From an uncultured virus (IMG/VR IMGVR_UViG_2061766007_000189) (taxonomy: Duplodnaviria; Heunggongvirae; Uroviricota; Caudoviricetes), in the IMG/VR virus record IMGVR_UViG_2061766007_000189: a stretch of DNA of 47,981 nt, one strand, 5' to 3'. The notes beneath the pieces were generated by a model. The model was not told the DNA's origin and searched no databases. It saw only the letters and a program-made list of their open reading frames with translations. Below are positions 9,765-19,959 of the stretch, piece after piece. The translations under genes were made by a program, and so were the position numbers. Positions within the stretch are counted from its first letter, which is position 1. Every line of letters begins with the position of its first letter.

Positions 9765-10078
9765 TCAAAATCCTCCTTAAACATAACACGTGCAATATCC
9801 AGTAATTTCTTTCTGTTTTCAGGTGTCATTTTCTTAGCAGCTCTGTTTAAGATTATCAAATCTTCTGAAGGTGCTTCATTTAAGCTTTCATCTGTTAAAT
9901 ATTCAACGGTAGTATTTAAAAAAACTGCAATTTGAGGTAAATACTTTTTATATGATTTGCTTTTCCTGTTTTTCCAAGTTGTGAAAACACTTTTTTCAAG
10001 TTTTAAATAATCCATTAACTCTTTTTGAGTTTTGTTTTTCTGCTCTAACAGGTTAATAATTTTGTCTATAGTTGACAT
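9758..10078 (-). CDS. XRE repressor, variant 3 (ImmR-like)
   Basis: N-terminal HTH, IAVFLNTTVEYL; coupled to the ImmA-like gene. Confidence 0.85.
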   Translation of the reverse strand: MSTIDKIINLLEQKNKTQKELMDYLKLEKSVFTTWKNRKSKSYKKYLPQIAVFLNTTVEYLTDESLNEAPSEDLIILNRAAKKMTPENRKKLLDIARVMFKEDFDD

Positions 10079-10110
10079 ATTTATTCCTCCAATTTGTGCA
10101 AAACAACAAA

Positions 10111-10189
10111 GTTGTTAAAATAGCAACTTTTATATTGACAGTTGGCGAATTATCAACTATAATAAAATCATGGTTGATAAAACACCAAC
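10111..10189. promoter_or_regulatory. Genetic switch 3: promoter with three GTTG-N9-CAAC operators
   Basis: Operators at 10111, 10141 and 10173; TTGACA-17-TATAAT at 10135-10163, where the middle operator is exactly the spacer. Confidence 0.8.
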
Positions 10190-10319
10190 ATAAAAATACG
10201 GATACAAAAATTAAACTTGCGGTAAGGTTTATATTTTGTAAACTTCTATTTTTATAATAGTACCAGTTTTATCAACTTTTGTCAAGAGTAAAAATAAAAA
10301 TTGTTAGAGGTGATAAATT

Positions 10320-10583
10320 TTGTTCGGTATTTTTAGAGAAAATGTCAAAAAAATTTTATACGATAAAAAATTGACATATTCTCAACTGAGTAATATGTCA
10401 GGATTAGCCGAGAGTACAATAAAATGCTTTATGTGCGGTGCTAATGACAGTAGGCGAACGGCTGAACGTATTGCCGATACTTTGAACTGTAAGATTATTT
10501 ATAGCAATGGTATTTACGAACTTGATACCACTTGTGAAGATTTGTTGAGCGATAGAAAACAGGAGGTAAACACAAATGAATGA
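10320..10583 (+). CDS. Cro-like HTH protein
   Basis: KKLTYSQLSNMSGLAESTI; divergent from the repressor. Confidence 0.75.
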   Translation: MFGIFRENVKKILYDKKLTYSQLSNMSGLAESTIKCFMCGANDSRRTAERIADTLNCKIIYSNGIYELDTTCEDLLSDRKQEVNTNE

Positions 10584-10815
10584 TTTAATTACAGTCAACT
10601 ACGACAGCGAACAGCCGACAGTTCTCGGCAGAGATTTACACGAGGCTCTCGGAATCAAGTCAAAGTACGCAGATTGGTTTAAGAATATGTGTGCTTATGG
10701 ATTTGAGGAAGGCAAGGACTATGTATCGTTTTCTAAAATTTTAGAAAACGGAGGAAGAACAAAAAATCATCAGATTACTATCCCTATGGCAAAGGAAATC
10801 TGCATGATTCAGCGT
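10576..10815 (+). CDS. AntA/AntB antirepressor fragment
   Basis: VLGRDLHEALGIK..Y.DWF..M..YGFEEGKDY...MAKEICMIQR. Confidence 0.85.
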
Positions 10816-10825
10816 NNNNNNNNNN

Positions 10826-12723
10826 AATAAAGCAATCTTTAAAGCCTGCCTGCTTTACCTTTTCAAGCTGCTTTTCGGCATTGGCTTTATTCTCAAAAGC
10901 TCCTACTTGTACTTTATACCATTTGTCAACCTTTGTAACAAATGCGTCTTTAAATCCCTTAGCCTTGACATTAAACAGCTGTATATCTGCATTTGACTTT
11001 TCAGAAAACGCACCTATCTGAACACGATATAGTGTTTTGTTTGCTGTCGAGTTAGTCGATGAATTTTCCGTTTTAGTCGTTGTATTAGTCGAGGACGTAC
11101 CGAGAATTGCATTTACTTTGTCTGCAATCTCTCCATGTCTGCTATATAAATATGTACCAGGGCAAGACCGCTGATTTGAAAACCAACGATGTACTGTCAT
11201 GTTCTGCTTATCAACTTGACCAATTAACGANNNNNNNNNNTAAAAAAATCCTAATGATATTTTTTTCGGGGATTTTTCGGGGATAAAAGCAAGCCGCTCC
11301 TCGGTACCTTTAACAAGTACCGAAGAGCGGCTTTTAAATTTAAAATATGTAATTATCTCATAAGCTCATTAACCTTAGCCTGCACGGCTGCATAATCATA
11401 ACCAGCCTTTTCAAGAGCCGTCTTTCTCTCAGCTCCGGCACCCCATTTTCCGGCAATAACTTCTTTTGCGATCTCTGTAACAGACTTCTTTACGATCCCG
11501 GTTGTGGCTATAAAGCAATCCTTAAAGCCTGCCTGCTTTACCTTTTCAAGCTGCTTTTCTGCGTTTGCTTTTTCACTGAACGCGCCAACCTGTACTTTGT
11601 ACCATTTGTCAACCTTGGTCACAAATGCATCTTTAAATCCCTTTGCCTTGACGTTAAACAGCTGAGTTTCTGCATTTGATTTCTCTGAAAACGCACCGAT
11701 TTGAACAAGATATAGTGGTTTGTTTGCTGTCGAGTTAGTCGAGGAATTATCCGTTTTAGTCGTGGTGTTAGTCGAGGACGTGCCGAGAATTGCATTTACT
11801 TTGTCTGCAATCTCTCCGTGTCNNNNNNNNNNGGAAGCGTCTTTTTCCTCAACGTACATTCCAATTCTGCCGTCGGGTCCTATACCATAATTTGAGCTTG
11901 CCTGTCTTGAGCTTGGAGCAAAACAATTGCCGATAGCTTCAGCAGAAAGCTGTCCTACAACACAATGAATTGTTATCGTGTCAATAACATGATTTCTCGG
12001 ACTGTANNNNNNNNNNTGCTGTATAAATATGTACCGGGGCAGGAACGCTGATTAGAAAACCAACGATGTACTGTCATATTCTGCTTATTAACTTGACCAA
12101 TTAACGATGGATCGCCTTTCCACAGCAGCTTCTTGATACCGTTACGCTTGCAAATATCCGCCACAAGCTCAATCAGTGCATTATAAGCCGCAGCCGTAAC
12201 TGCATACGGTTCCGTTGTGTCGCTGGCCACTTCAATTGTCACTGCTCTGTTGTCGTTGCTGTAGGACGAAGAACACCANNNNNNNNNNGTGAACAGTCAT
12301 GTTTTGTTTATCAATCTGACCGATCAGCGTTGGGTCACCTCTCCACAGAAGCTTCTTTATACCGTTGCGCTTACAAATATCCGCTACCAGCTTAATCAAA
12401 GTATTGTAAGCCGCAGCTGTAACCGAATAAGGCTCTGTCGTGCCGCTTGCTACTTCAATTGTTACTGCTCTGTTGTCGTTCTCATACGATGACGAACACC
12501 AGGAAGCATCTTTTTCTTCAACATACATACCAACCCTGCCGTCGGGTCCTATACCATAATTTGAACTCGCTTGCCTTGATGACGGGGCAAAAACATTACC
12601 GAGAGTTTCAACAGACAGCTGACCAACCACACAATGAATTGTAATTGTATCGATAACATGATTTCTAGGACTGTATCTGTTTGGTGAAATACATACATAA
12701 TCAACTAAAGAACTGTTACTCAT
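10826..12723 (-). CDS. Multiple overlapping fragments of an N-acetylmuramoyl-L-alanine amidase endolysin (Amidase_2, 2x SPOR, CW_7-like)
   Basis: ITIHCVVG, ASSNYGIG, TIEVAS, MTVHRWF..SCPG, YKVQVGAF; several variant pieces separated by N gaps. Confidence 0.85.
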
Positions 12724-12741
12724 TATTATCAATCTCCTTTT

Positions 12742-12930
12742 TTACTCAACCTCAGGCAGCCCCGCTACACTTGTAAGAAGTGATAACAATCCTGCCAATA
12801 TCGCCGCACTTGCAGCTGCTGTCCAGTCTACTTCATGAAGCACCGCAGACGTACTCATAACAGCGGCCGCCGTCTGTGCTATAGTTTTAACCGCTCTTAT
12901 GGCCGCCGCTTTTAACCATTTCTTATTCAT
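12742..12930 (-). CDS. Holin (r1t-like)
   Basis: WLKAAAIRAVKTIAQTA...LTSVAGLPEV. Confidence 0.9.
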   Translation of the reverse strand: MNKKWLKAAAIRAVKTIAQTAAAVMSTSAVLHEVDWTAAASAAILAGLLSLLTSVAGLPEVE

Positions 12931-13025
12931 GGCCGCTGTTCCTCTTTTTTCTTGCTTTCAAGGGTGTCAAGCCTGTGGTGCGCCGATTTNNNNNNNNNNT
13001 GCGGCTGCTTTTAACCATTTTTTAT

Positions 13026-13340
13026 TCATGGTCGCTGCTCCTCTTTTTTCTTGCTTTCAAGGGTGTCAAGCCTGTGGTGCGCCGATTTATCCGACTGCTC
13101 CACTCGAATAAGCCTGTCCCTCAAATCCTGGATATCGCTTTTCATGTTTCGCATATCGGATTTAATCTCATTTACTCCGTTGCTAATGTTTTCAAGCTTG
13201 ACTATTAATGTAGTTAAATTTGTAGCCTCCTGCCTGTTGTCGTTAGCGTTATTTCGCTTAATGTTTGTCGCTGCCACTGCCGCAGCGATCACAACAGATA
13301 TAACTGATAACAAGACAGACACATCAATCATAGTTGGCAT
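13026..13340 (-). CDS. Holin-adjacent TM plus coiled-coil protein
   Basis: N-terminal TM segment, VEQSDKSAHHRLD. Confidence 0.75.
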   Translation of the reverse strand: MPTMIDVSVLLSVISVVIAAAVAATNIKRNNANDNRQEATNLTTLIVKLENISNGVNEIKSDMRNMKSDIQDLRDRLIRVEQSDKSAHHRLDTLESKKKEEQRP

Positions 13341-13935
13341 GAGATTTACACCTCACTCGGGATTTTTTCATCTGTTTCCTCATATTCATAATCGCTCCCT
13401 AAAATGTCAATTGCTTCGGAGTATATCTCATCAGTGCCACCTTTTCTAATAAAAAAACCTTCGCTTGAATACGTCTTTTTAAATTCTCGTCTTCCAAATC
13501 TGACATTTCCTGTAACAATCAATGTTATTCCCCCTCAGGCAATTGACTTAACCCTTTTATTTGATCTTCATAAACAGCCCAGTTTGTAGCTGCTTTGTAA
13601 TCATTTACAAGATTATCAGGGACNNNNNNNNNNATTTTTCTTATTAAATAATCCTCGCTTGAATACGTCTTTTTAAATTCTCGTCTTCCAAATCTGACAT
13701 TTTCTGTAACAATCAATGTTATTCCCCCTCAGGCAATTGACTTAACCCTTTAATCTGATCTTCATACACAGCCCAGTTTGTAGCTGCTTTGTAATCATTT
13801 ACAAGATTATCAGGGACNNNNNNNNNNCGGGTCACCTTTCCACAGTAGCTTCTTGATACCGTTACGCTTGCAAATATCCGCTACCAGCTTAATCAAAGTA
13901 TTGTAAGCCGCAGATGTAACCGAATAAGGCTCGGT

Positions 13936-14188
13936 NNNNNNNNNNCTCATACGATGAAGAACACCAGGACGCGTCCTTTTCCTCAACATACATACCAACC
14001 CTGCCATCGGGCCCTATGCCGTAATTAGAACTCGCTTGTCTTGATGACGGAGCAAAAACGTTACCAAGTGTTTCAACAGACAGCTGACCAACAACACAAT
14101 GAATTGTTATCGTGTCAATAACATGATTTCTCGGACTGTATCTGTTTGGGGAAATACATACATAATCAACTAAAGAACTGTTACTCAT
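13936..14188 (-). CDS. Endolysin N-terminus (contiguous with tail genes)
   Basis: MSNSSLVDYVCISPN...ITIHCVVG. Confidence 0.85.
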
Positions 14189-14206
14189 TATTATCAATCT
14201 CCTTCT

Positions 14207-14395
14207 TTACTCAACCTCAGGCAGTCCCGCTACACTCGTAAGCAGTGATAACAGCCCTGCCAATATTGCCGTGCTTACAGTCGTTACCCAGTCCACCTCG
14301 TGAAGCACGGCAGACGTACTCATAACCGCAGCCGCAGTCTGAGCCATAGTTTTTACCGCTCTGACAGCTGCTGCTTTTAACCATTTCTTATTCAT
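14207..14395 (-). CDS. Holin (r1t-like)
   Basis: Same family as 12742-12930. Confidence 0.9.
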   Translation of the reverse strand: MNKKWLKAAAVRAVKTMAQTAAAVMSTSAVLHEVDWVTTVSTAILAGLLSLLTSVAGLPEVE

Positions 14396-14703
14396 TTTTG
14401 TTCCTCTTTGCTTTTGCCCTCCAGTGTATCAAGCCTGTGATGTGCGGATTTATCCGACTGCTCCACACGGATGAGCCTGTCCCTCAAATCCTGTATATCG
14501 CTCTTCATGTTTCGCATATCGGATTTTATTTCATTTACTCCATTGCTTATGTTTTCAAGCTTGACTATAAGCGTAGTAAGGTTTGTGGCTTCTTGTCTGT
14601 TGTCATTTGCGTTATTTCGTTTAATATTGGTAACTGCTACTGCTGCAGCGATTACAACCGATATCACCGATAACAAGACAGATACATCTATCATTGCAGA
14701 CAT
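14392..14703 (-). CDS. Holin-adjacent TM plus coiled-coil protein
   Basis: Paralog of 13026-13340. Confidence 0.75.
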   Translation of the reverse strand: MSAMIDVSVLLSVISVVIAAAVAVTNIKRNNANDNRQEATNLTTLIVKLENISNGVNEIKSDMRNMKSDIQDLRDRLIRVEQSDKSAHHRLDTLEGKSKEEQK

Positions 14704-14708
14704 GGGTT

Positions 14709-14885
14709 TTACACCTCACTTGTAATTTTTTCTTCTGTTTCCTCATATTCATAGCTGCTGTTCAATACGTCAACAGCTTCGGAATATATCTCGTCTGTAC
14801 CAATCTTTCTGATTAAATAATCCTCATCTGAATACGTTCGTTTGAATTCCCGTCTTCCAAATCTTACATTTTCTGTAACAATCAC
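14709..14885 (-). CDS. 58-aa conserved small protein after the LRR gene
   Basis: MIVTENVRFGRREFKRTYSDEDYLIRKIGT...; near-identical copies at about 13350-13520 and 18068-18244. Confidence 0.7.
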   Translation of the reverse strand: MIVTENVRFGRREFKRTYSDEDYLIRKIGTDEIYSEAVDVLNSSYEYEETEEKITSEV

Positions 14886-14887
14886 TG

Positions 14888-15310
14888 CTATACCCCCTCC
14901 GGCAGCTGACTTAATCCCTTTATCTGCTCCGCATAAACGGTCCAGTTTGTTGCCGTTTTGTAACTTTCTATGAGGTCATCGGGAACATAGATATAACCTG
15001 TGCCTCTGGCAATCGGCGTGTTGCCAAATGCAGAGGTGTTCGATAAACTAACAACGCTGTTTACAGACAGAACAATAGTTGTTAAATTGGCGCATTCAAA
15101 AAAAGCGCTGCCGCCTATACTCGTTGCTTCGGAAAAAACAGCTGCCGTTAAGTTGGCACAGCTCCGGAACGCATTCGCCCCTATGCTCGTGACTCTATTG
15201 TTATTTATTGACGTTAAACTCCTGTCAATAAATGCGTCAAGCGTGGAATTGTCACCTGAACCGCCGCCTTTTTTAGATTTTAAATATGTATAAATCTCAA
15301 AATTTGTCAT
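14888..15310 (-). CDS. BspA-type leucine-rich repeat protein
   Basis: VTSIGANAFRSCANLT / ATSIGGSAFFECANLT, IYVPDDL..YK.A.NW cap. Confidence 0.85.
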   Translation of the reverse strand: MTNFEIYTYLKSKKGGGSGDNSTLDAFIDRSLTSINNNRVTSIGANAFRSCANLTAAVFSEATSIGGSAFFECANLTTIVLSVNSVVSLSNTSAFGNTPIARGTGYIYVPDDLIESYKTATNWTVYAEQIKGLSQLPEGV

Positions 15311-15552
15311 TCGCTGTCACCGCCAAGCTTCACCCATTCACCGACATGCAGTATATATATATCCGCCGTGTCCGAAGCAAGAGCAGTTGAACCCTCTGCT
15401 GCATTTGTGATTAAACTCAACTTGCTTAAATCTTCAACTTTGAAAATATAGTCATTTACATTGTTTCCTCTTTGATGGGTCATTCTTATCGACCCGAAAT
15501 TAGGAACGCTGTTTTCATCAAATTTCATTCCCAATTTAATTACGATTGCCAT
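15307..15552 (-). CDS. Hypothetical tail-associated protein
   Basis: Coupled ORF; GSTAL..DT..IY.L motif shared with 1-200. Confidence 0.65.
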   Translation of the reverse strand: MAIVIKLGMKFDENSVPNFGSIRMTHQRGNNVNDYIFKVEDLSKLSLITNAAEGSTALASDTADIYILHVGEWVKLGGDSE

Positions 15553-15562
15553 TTTATCACCC

Positions 15563-16024
15563 CTAACTTAATGTGTAATTTGCTCCAATAATATCGTTTT
15601 CACTAAAAACAACTTCACTGCCATCGTGATAGTACCTCAAAGAAATTCTTACATAAGCTGTATCCTGCGGCAAATTCCCTAAACCGTAACTACTGCCATT
15701 ATAAACCCAGTCACCCGCATAACTGTTGTCACTCGTATAGTCGGATTTATAGCCGGAAAGTCCCCACATTAAATCTTCTGAATATCCAACTCGGGAATCT
15801 ATTTCAAGCTTAAAAATCGAATTTCCGGATACCGGAATATACTGCGTATTTCTCACTCGGCTGTAAGAGTCATAATCTGCGCCGTTGTTCCTGATACCGC
15901 CCTGTTCCCATGTTGAGGACGGCAAATTATATTCTTTTGTTGGAAAAATCACAGTGTTTTTTAAAATCACTTCTTTAACTGCGCTATTTTCAAATTTAAC
16001 ATCAATAACATCATTTAAAATCAT
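15563..16024 (-). CDS. Putative carbohydrate-binding or tail-associated protein
   Basis: WEQGGI...RVR...YIPV...P..TAYVRIS beta-sandwich-like pattern. Confidence 0.5.
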   Translation of the reverse strand: MILNDVIDVKFENSAVKEVILKNTVIFPTKEYNLPSSTWEQGGIRNNGADYDSYSRVRNTQYIPVSGNSIFKLEIDSRVGYSEDLMWGLSGYKSDYTSDNSYAGDWVYNGSSYGLGNLPQDTAYVRISLRYYHDGSEVVFSENDIIGANYTLS

Positions 16025-16035
16025 ATCATCACCGC

Positions 16036-16758
16036 CTAACTCGCCGTGATAATATACAGCGTATCGGCGTCATAAGCGCCAAGGCTATTATAAGCAATTT
16101 GCGTACCGCTCCAAATTTTCGACACCGTTAAAGATGTAACATTGTTTGCGTTTTCTAACGCAGTCACACGGCTTGCAAGCGCTGAAACACTTGTGTCATT
16201 TTCCAAAGCTGTAACACGAGTGCTTAAAGAAGTCACCGCATTTTGAATTGACTGCAAATTCTCTGTAGTCGTATAAGCTTCAATGGCAGCCATGCGCAGT
16301 GTAAGACTGCTCAGCATTGTTGACAACTCTGTCATTTCGTATTCGGGAGCGTTGAGATCAATTACAGATTTTTCAACGTTTATTTCAAAAGTTGCGCTGT
16401 ACCCGACCCTTGGATTATTGATTTGTAAAATTTTAATTTCGCATTTCTCGAGTCCGCTTAACATTGACAAAGCTGAATTAACAGGCACAACGACTTTATT
16501 GTCTGATATGCTGCACGGTATCTCATAAGCCGTGATTACTCCGTTTACGCTTGCGTTAACGAATGCTGCGTGAGTTTGTCCGGATAAAGGATAATTTGCA
16601 TCATCAGACCGCAGACCTGTACCCAGCTCGATTTCTTCGCCGTTATAAGTTAAATTGATGTAAATAGCTCTGCTTCCGTTCTCATACTGTTTAACATTAA
16701 TCCTGTCCAGCGTTTTATTTTGAGCCAAATCAAGAGTCAAATGTTCGCTGATATGCAT
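16036..16758 (-). CDS. BppU-like upper baseplate or tail fibre protein
   Basis: VKQYENGSR.I.I.L N-terminus, coiled-coil RVTALE repeats, W.GTQ..Y....DTLYII end. Confidence 0.75.
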   Translation of the reverse strand: MHISEHLTLDLAQNKTLDRINVKQYENGSRAIYINLTYNGEEIELGTGLRSDDANYPLSGQTHAAFVNASVNGVITAYEIPCSISDNKVVVPVNSALSMLSGLEKCEIKILQINNPRVGYSATFEINVEKSVIDLNAPEYEMTELSTMLSSLTLRMAAIEAYTTTENLQSIQNAVTSLSTRVTALENDTSVSALASRVTALENANNVTSLTVSKIWSGTQIAYNSLGAYDADTLYIITAS

Positions 16759-16759
16759 T

Positions 16760-17586
16760 TTACGCGCCCCCTATATTTTTGACATTAAACAAGTCCGATA
16801 TATTCTTTTTGATTGTCCCAAGCTCGATTTTTGTGTAACGTTCGTTCAAACAATCGTATTCAGTCTTAACTATTTTTGCATTTGTTGTAAATCCTAACGG
16901 TTCAAAAACAACTTTTACAGTGTCGCACAAATGGCAGTTTCTGAGCGTGTTAAGAGCTGCGGCAATATCTACAGTTATTGATACAGAATGATCAGCTAAT
17001 GCGACACTATTACCCTGTAGATATTTGTTCGCTTCTTCTCTGAGCTTTGCAAGCAAAGTGGCTTCGTTTGTAATCGCATTGTTGCTCCGGTGAAAATGGT
17101 CGTGCTGTCCTGTGAATTTTTCCGTAAAGTCATACGGTAATGCTCTTTGATAAGTCAGCACACTGTCAACAATGGGAATAGGCTCAGAATATAATGTGTT
17201 CTCTCCAATTATGCTTTTATCTCCGTCTATGCCGCTGTATTCAACTATCGGTAAAACGGCGTAAGGCAATAAGTCCGTATAAACAGTTGATATATCACTA
17301 TTCTGTTGATATGAGCTAATATTTGAACCGTAACGAATAGCAATACCAGTATCAGATCCACGCCTGTTTAACAGCGAAATTTTAAAATTATCAAAATAAA
17401 ATTCGCCGCCGAAAACATCAAGCATCGAACCCTCTAATCCTTGAAGAAATTCGCCAAAGCGAACAAGCCTTTTTTCCCCGGCATGGACATAATTTGTACT
17501 TGTAATATTTGAATACAATACAAAATAATTATCAAGCAAAAGCATTGTAGGATATGGATCCATAGGTGTTAATATTTCATCAAAAA
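16760..17586 (-). CDS. Tail endopeptidase/Tal-like protein, C-terminal part
   Basis: GSMLDVFGGEF.FDNF.I.L..RRG.D.G..IRYG.N; LCDTV.V. Confidence 0.8.
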
Positions 17587-17596
17587 NNNNNNNNNN

Positions 17597-18852
17597 TAGA
17601 AGCATTACACTGATTAGTAATGATAGAGTTACATCTATAGGTACTTATGCCCTTTTTGCTTGCCGTAACCTAACAGAAGCTAATTTTCCAAATGTTACAA
17701 GTATTGGTGGTAATGCATTTCAAGGCTGTTCAAATTTAACAGAGGTGAATTTTCCGAATGTTACAAACATTGGTGGTAATGCATTTAACAATTGTGTGTC
17801 GCTAACAACGGCTGATTTTATATCAGTAACGGCGATACAACCACGTGCTTTTGTTGGCTGTACTAATCTAACAACTTTAGTGTTGCGAATAGAACAAGTA
17901 TGTGCGTTGAGTAACACAGATGCTCTATCTGGAACGGTAATCTCAAGGGGTACAGGCTATATTTATGTTCCTGATGACCTTGTAGAAGATTACAAGACAG
18001 CGACAAACTGGACTGTTTATGAGGATCAAATCAAGGGTTTAAGTCAATTGCCTGAGGGGGTATAGTGGTGATTGTTACAGAAAATGTTAGATTTGGAAGA
18101 CGAGAATTCAAAAGAACGTATTCAAGCGAGGATTATTTAATCAGAAAGATTGGTACTTATGAGATATACTCGGAAGCTATTGACGTATTGGACAGCATTT
18201 ACAAATACGAGGAAACAGAAGAAAAAAACGCAAGTGAGGTGTAAAAACTCATGTCTACCATGATAGATGTATCTGTCTTATTGTCGGTAATATCTGTTGT
18301 GATCGCTGCGGCAGTGGCGGTAACAAATATCAAACGCAGTAACGCAAACGACAACAGGCAGGAAGCAACAAACCTAACTACACTCATTGTTAAGCTTGAA
18401 AACATAAGCAACGGAGTCAATGAGATAAAATCTGATATGCGTAACATGAAAAGTGATATTCAGGATTTGAGGGACAGGCTGATCCGTGTAGAGCAGTCGG
18501 ACAAATCCGCACATCACAGGCTTGATACTCTTGAGGGGAAGAAAGAGGAGCAGCGCCCATGAATAAAAAATGGCTGAAAGCGGCGGCTATAAGAGCTGTA
18601 AAAACAATTGCTCAGACAGCTGCGGCTGTTATGAGTACGTCTGCGGTGCTTCATGAGGTGGACTGGGCAACGGTTGCAAGCACGGCAATATTGGCAGGAC
18701 TGTTATCACTGCTTACGAGTGTGGCAGGATTGCCTGAGGTTGAGTAAAAGGAGATTTATAATTATGAGTAATAGTTCTTTAGTTGATTATGTATGCATTT
18801 CACCAAACAGATACAGTCCGAGAAATCATGTTATTGACACGATAACAATTCA
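17597..18852 (+). other. Oppositely oriented variant block: LRR gene, small ORF, TM protein, holin, lysin start
   Basis: Homologous to 14100-15250; flanked by N gaps; interrupts the Tal gene. Confidence 0.8.
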
Positions 18853-18862
18853 NNNNNNNNNN

Positions 18863-19206
18863 CTTGTAACTCCAGCGCCTGCATTGTATAAAATCCTAAA
18901 CGCATTTCCATAAGCAATATATCTTAAATGATGAGCTTTTGCCGTAATTGTTTTATCGTTGGCAGATGTTTGATATATCTCAAAGACCTGCGGAGGGTCG
19001 TGCGGATTGGCTTTTGCTTTGACAAACATTCCCGGCACAATACAACTTGATAATCTATCGTTTGTTAACGCTTCCAAATTCAACTCGTATTTGCCGTTTC
19101 TTTCCTCGCTTGCAATACATTTTGTGCTGTTTTTTATAAATCCCAATCCGTTATTATCAAAAAAATTTTCGGGAGCTGTGTTTGAATTGTAAAGTAAAGG
19201 CAACAT
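18863..19206 (-). CDS. Tail endopeptidase/Tal-like protein, N-terminal part
   Basis: NGLG.....C...EERNGKYELNLE...PQVFEIY...AHHLRY. Confidence 0.85.
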
Positions 19207-19209
19207 TTA

Positions 19210-19959
19210 TTATAATCGCCTCCAGTTTGGTATTATTGACATTGAAAAATTCGTGCCGTTTTCGGTTTCAACAGCAATAGTATTTACTCCCGGTTTAAGC
19301 TCAGGAATTATGTTCGCTGAGTATTTATCGTTGCAGTCAACTTTTGTAGTTGTATAGTATACATTTTCGTTTGGCTTATCCACGGTAATTTGTGTGCCGT
19401 CAAGCGTGATATTAAAGCTTTCATCGTTAATTGAAACAGTAAATAATCCGTTGCCGTTAACTTTAATAATCGGCTCTGCGTCCCATTTTTCACTGTTTGT
19501 AATTGTATAATTTGTGGAATTTACTTCTATTTCCGTTAAGCCGCTTTTACTGTACAAGAACGGATCGCAGTTAAATGTAATCGTTGTTTCATAAACGTCT
19601 TTTCGAACTGCTACTATATCATCAATCTCAGTGACTACAGCTTTTCTGAAATAATCTGGATTATACGTGTCTTTATAAACTTTATATTCAACATCGCCTG
19701 TTCTAAGCCACTCTGTTAGTTTGTGCGAAAAATCTTTGATAGTCATGTCGCAGTAAGCCGGGACGGCTCTAATCGGGACTTTAAACGTTTTATTTTCATA
19801 GCGGTTATAGTCAATAATTGCGCTGCCGCTTTTTCCTATGATTTTAAAGAATTCAATATCTGGTGTTGAAACATAGTATGTTGGTCGCTGAGATATTACC
19901 GCCCCTAAATCGGATAAAAATTTTCCGTCATACCAAAATGTATGAAAATTGTCATGCAT
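19210..19959 (-). CDS. Distal tail protein (Dit)
   Basis: Follows the tape measure gene; ITFNCDPF.Y, AEPIIKV.G.G, LKPGVN.I, PNWRRL. Confidence 0.85.
   Translation of the reverse strand: MHDNFHTFWYDGKFLSDLGAVISQRPTYYVSTPDIEFFKIIGKSGSAIIDYNRYENKTFKVPIRAVPAYCDMTIKDFSHKLTEWLRTGDVEYKVYKDTYNPDYFRKAVVTEIDDIVAVRKDVYETTITFNCDPFLYSKSGLTEIEVNSTNYTITNSEKWDAEPIIKVNGNGLFTVSINDESFNITLDGTQITVDKPNENVYYTTTKVDCNDKYSANIIPELKPGVNTIAVETENGTNFSMSIIPNWRRL

Noticed and set aside
10826..14200. Apparent tandem amplification of lysis genes
   Set aside because: The fragments are partial, overlapping and gap-delimited, consistent with co-assembled sibling phages.
17597..18852. Inverted LRR-holin-lysin block as an invertible shufflon
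   Set aside because: It is bounded by N gaps, interrupts the Tal gene, and has no invertase or inverted recombination sites, so the orientation is probably a scaffolding artifact.
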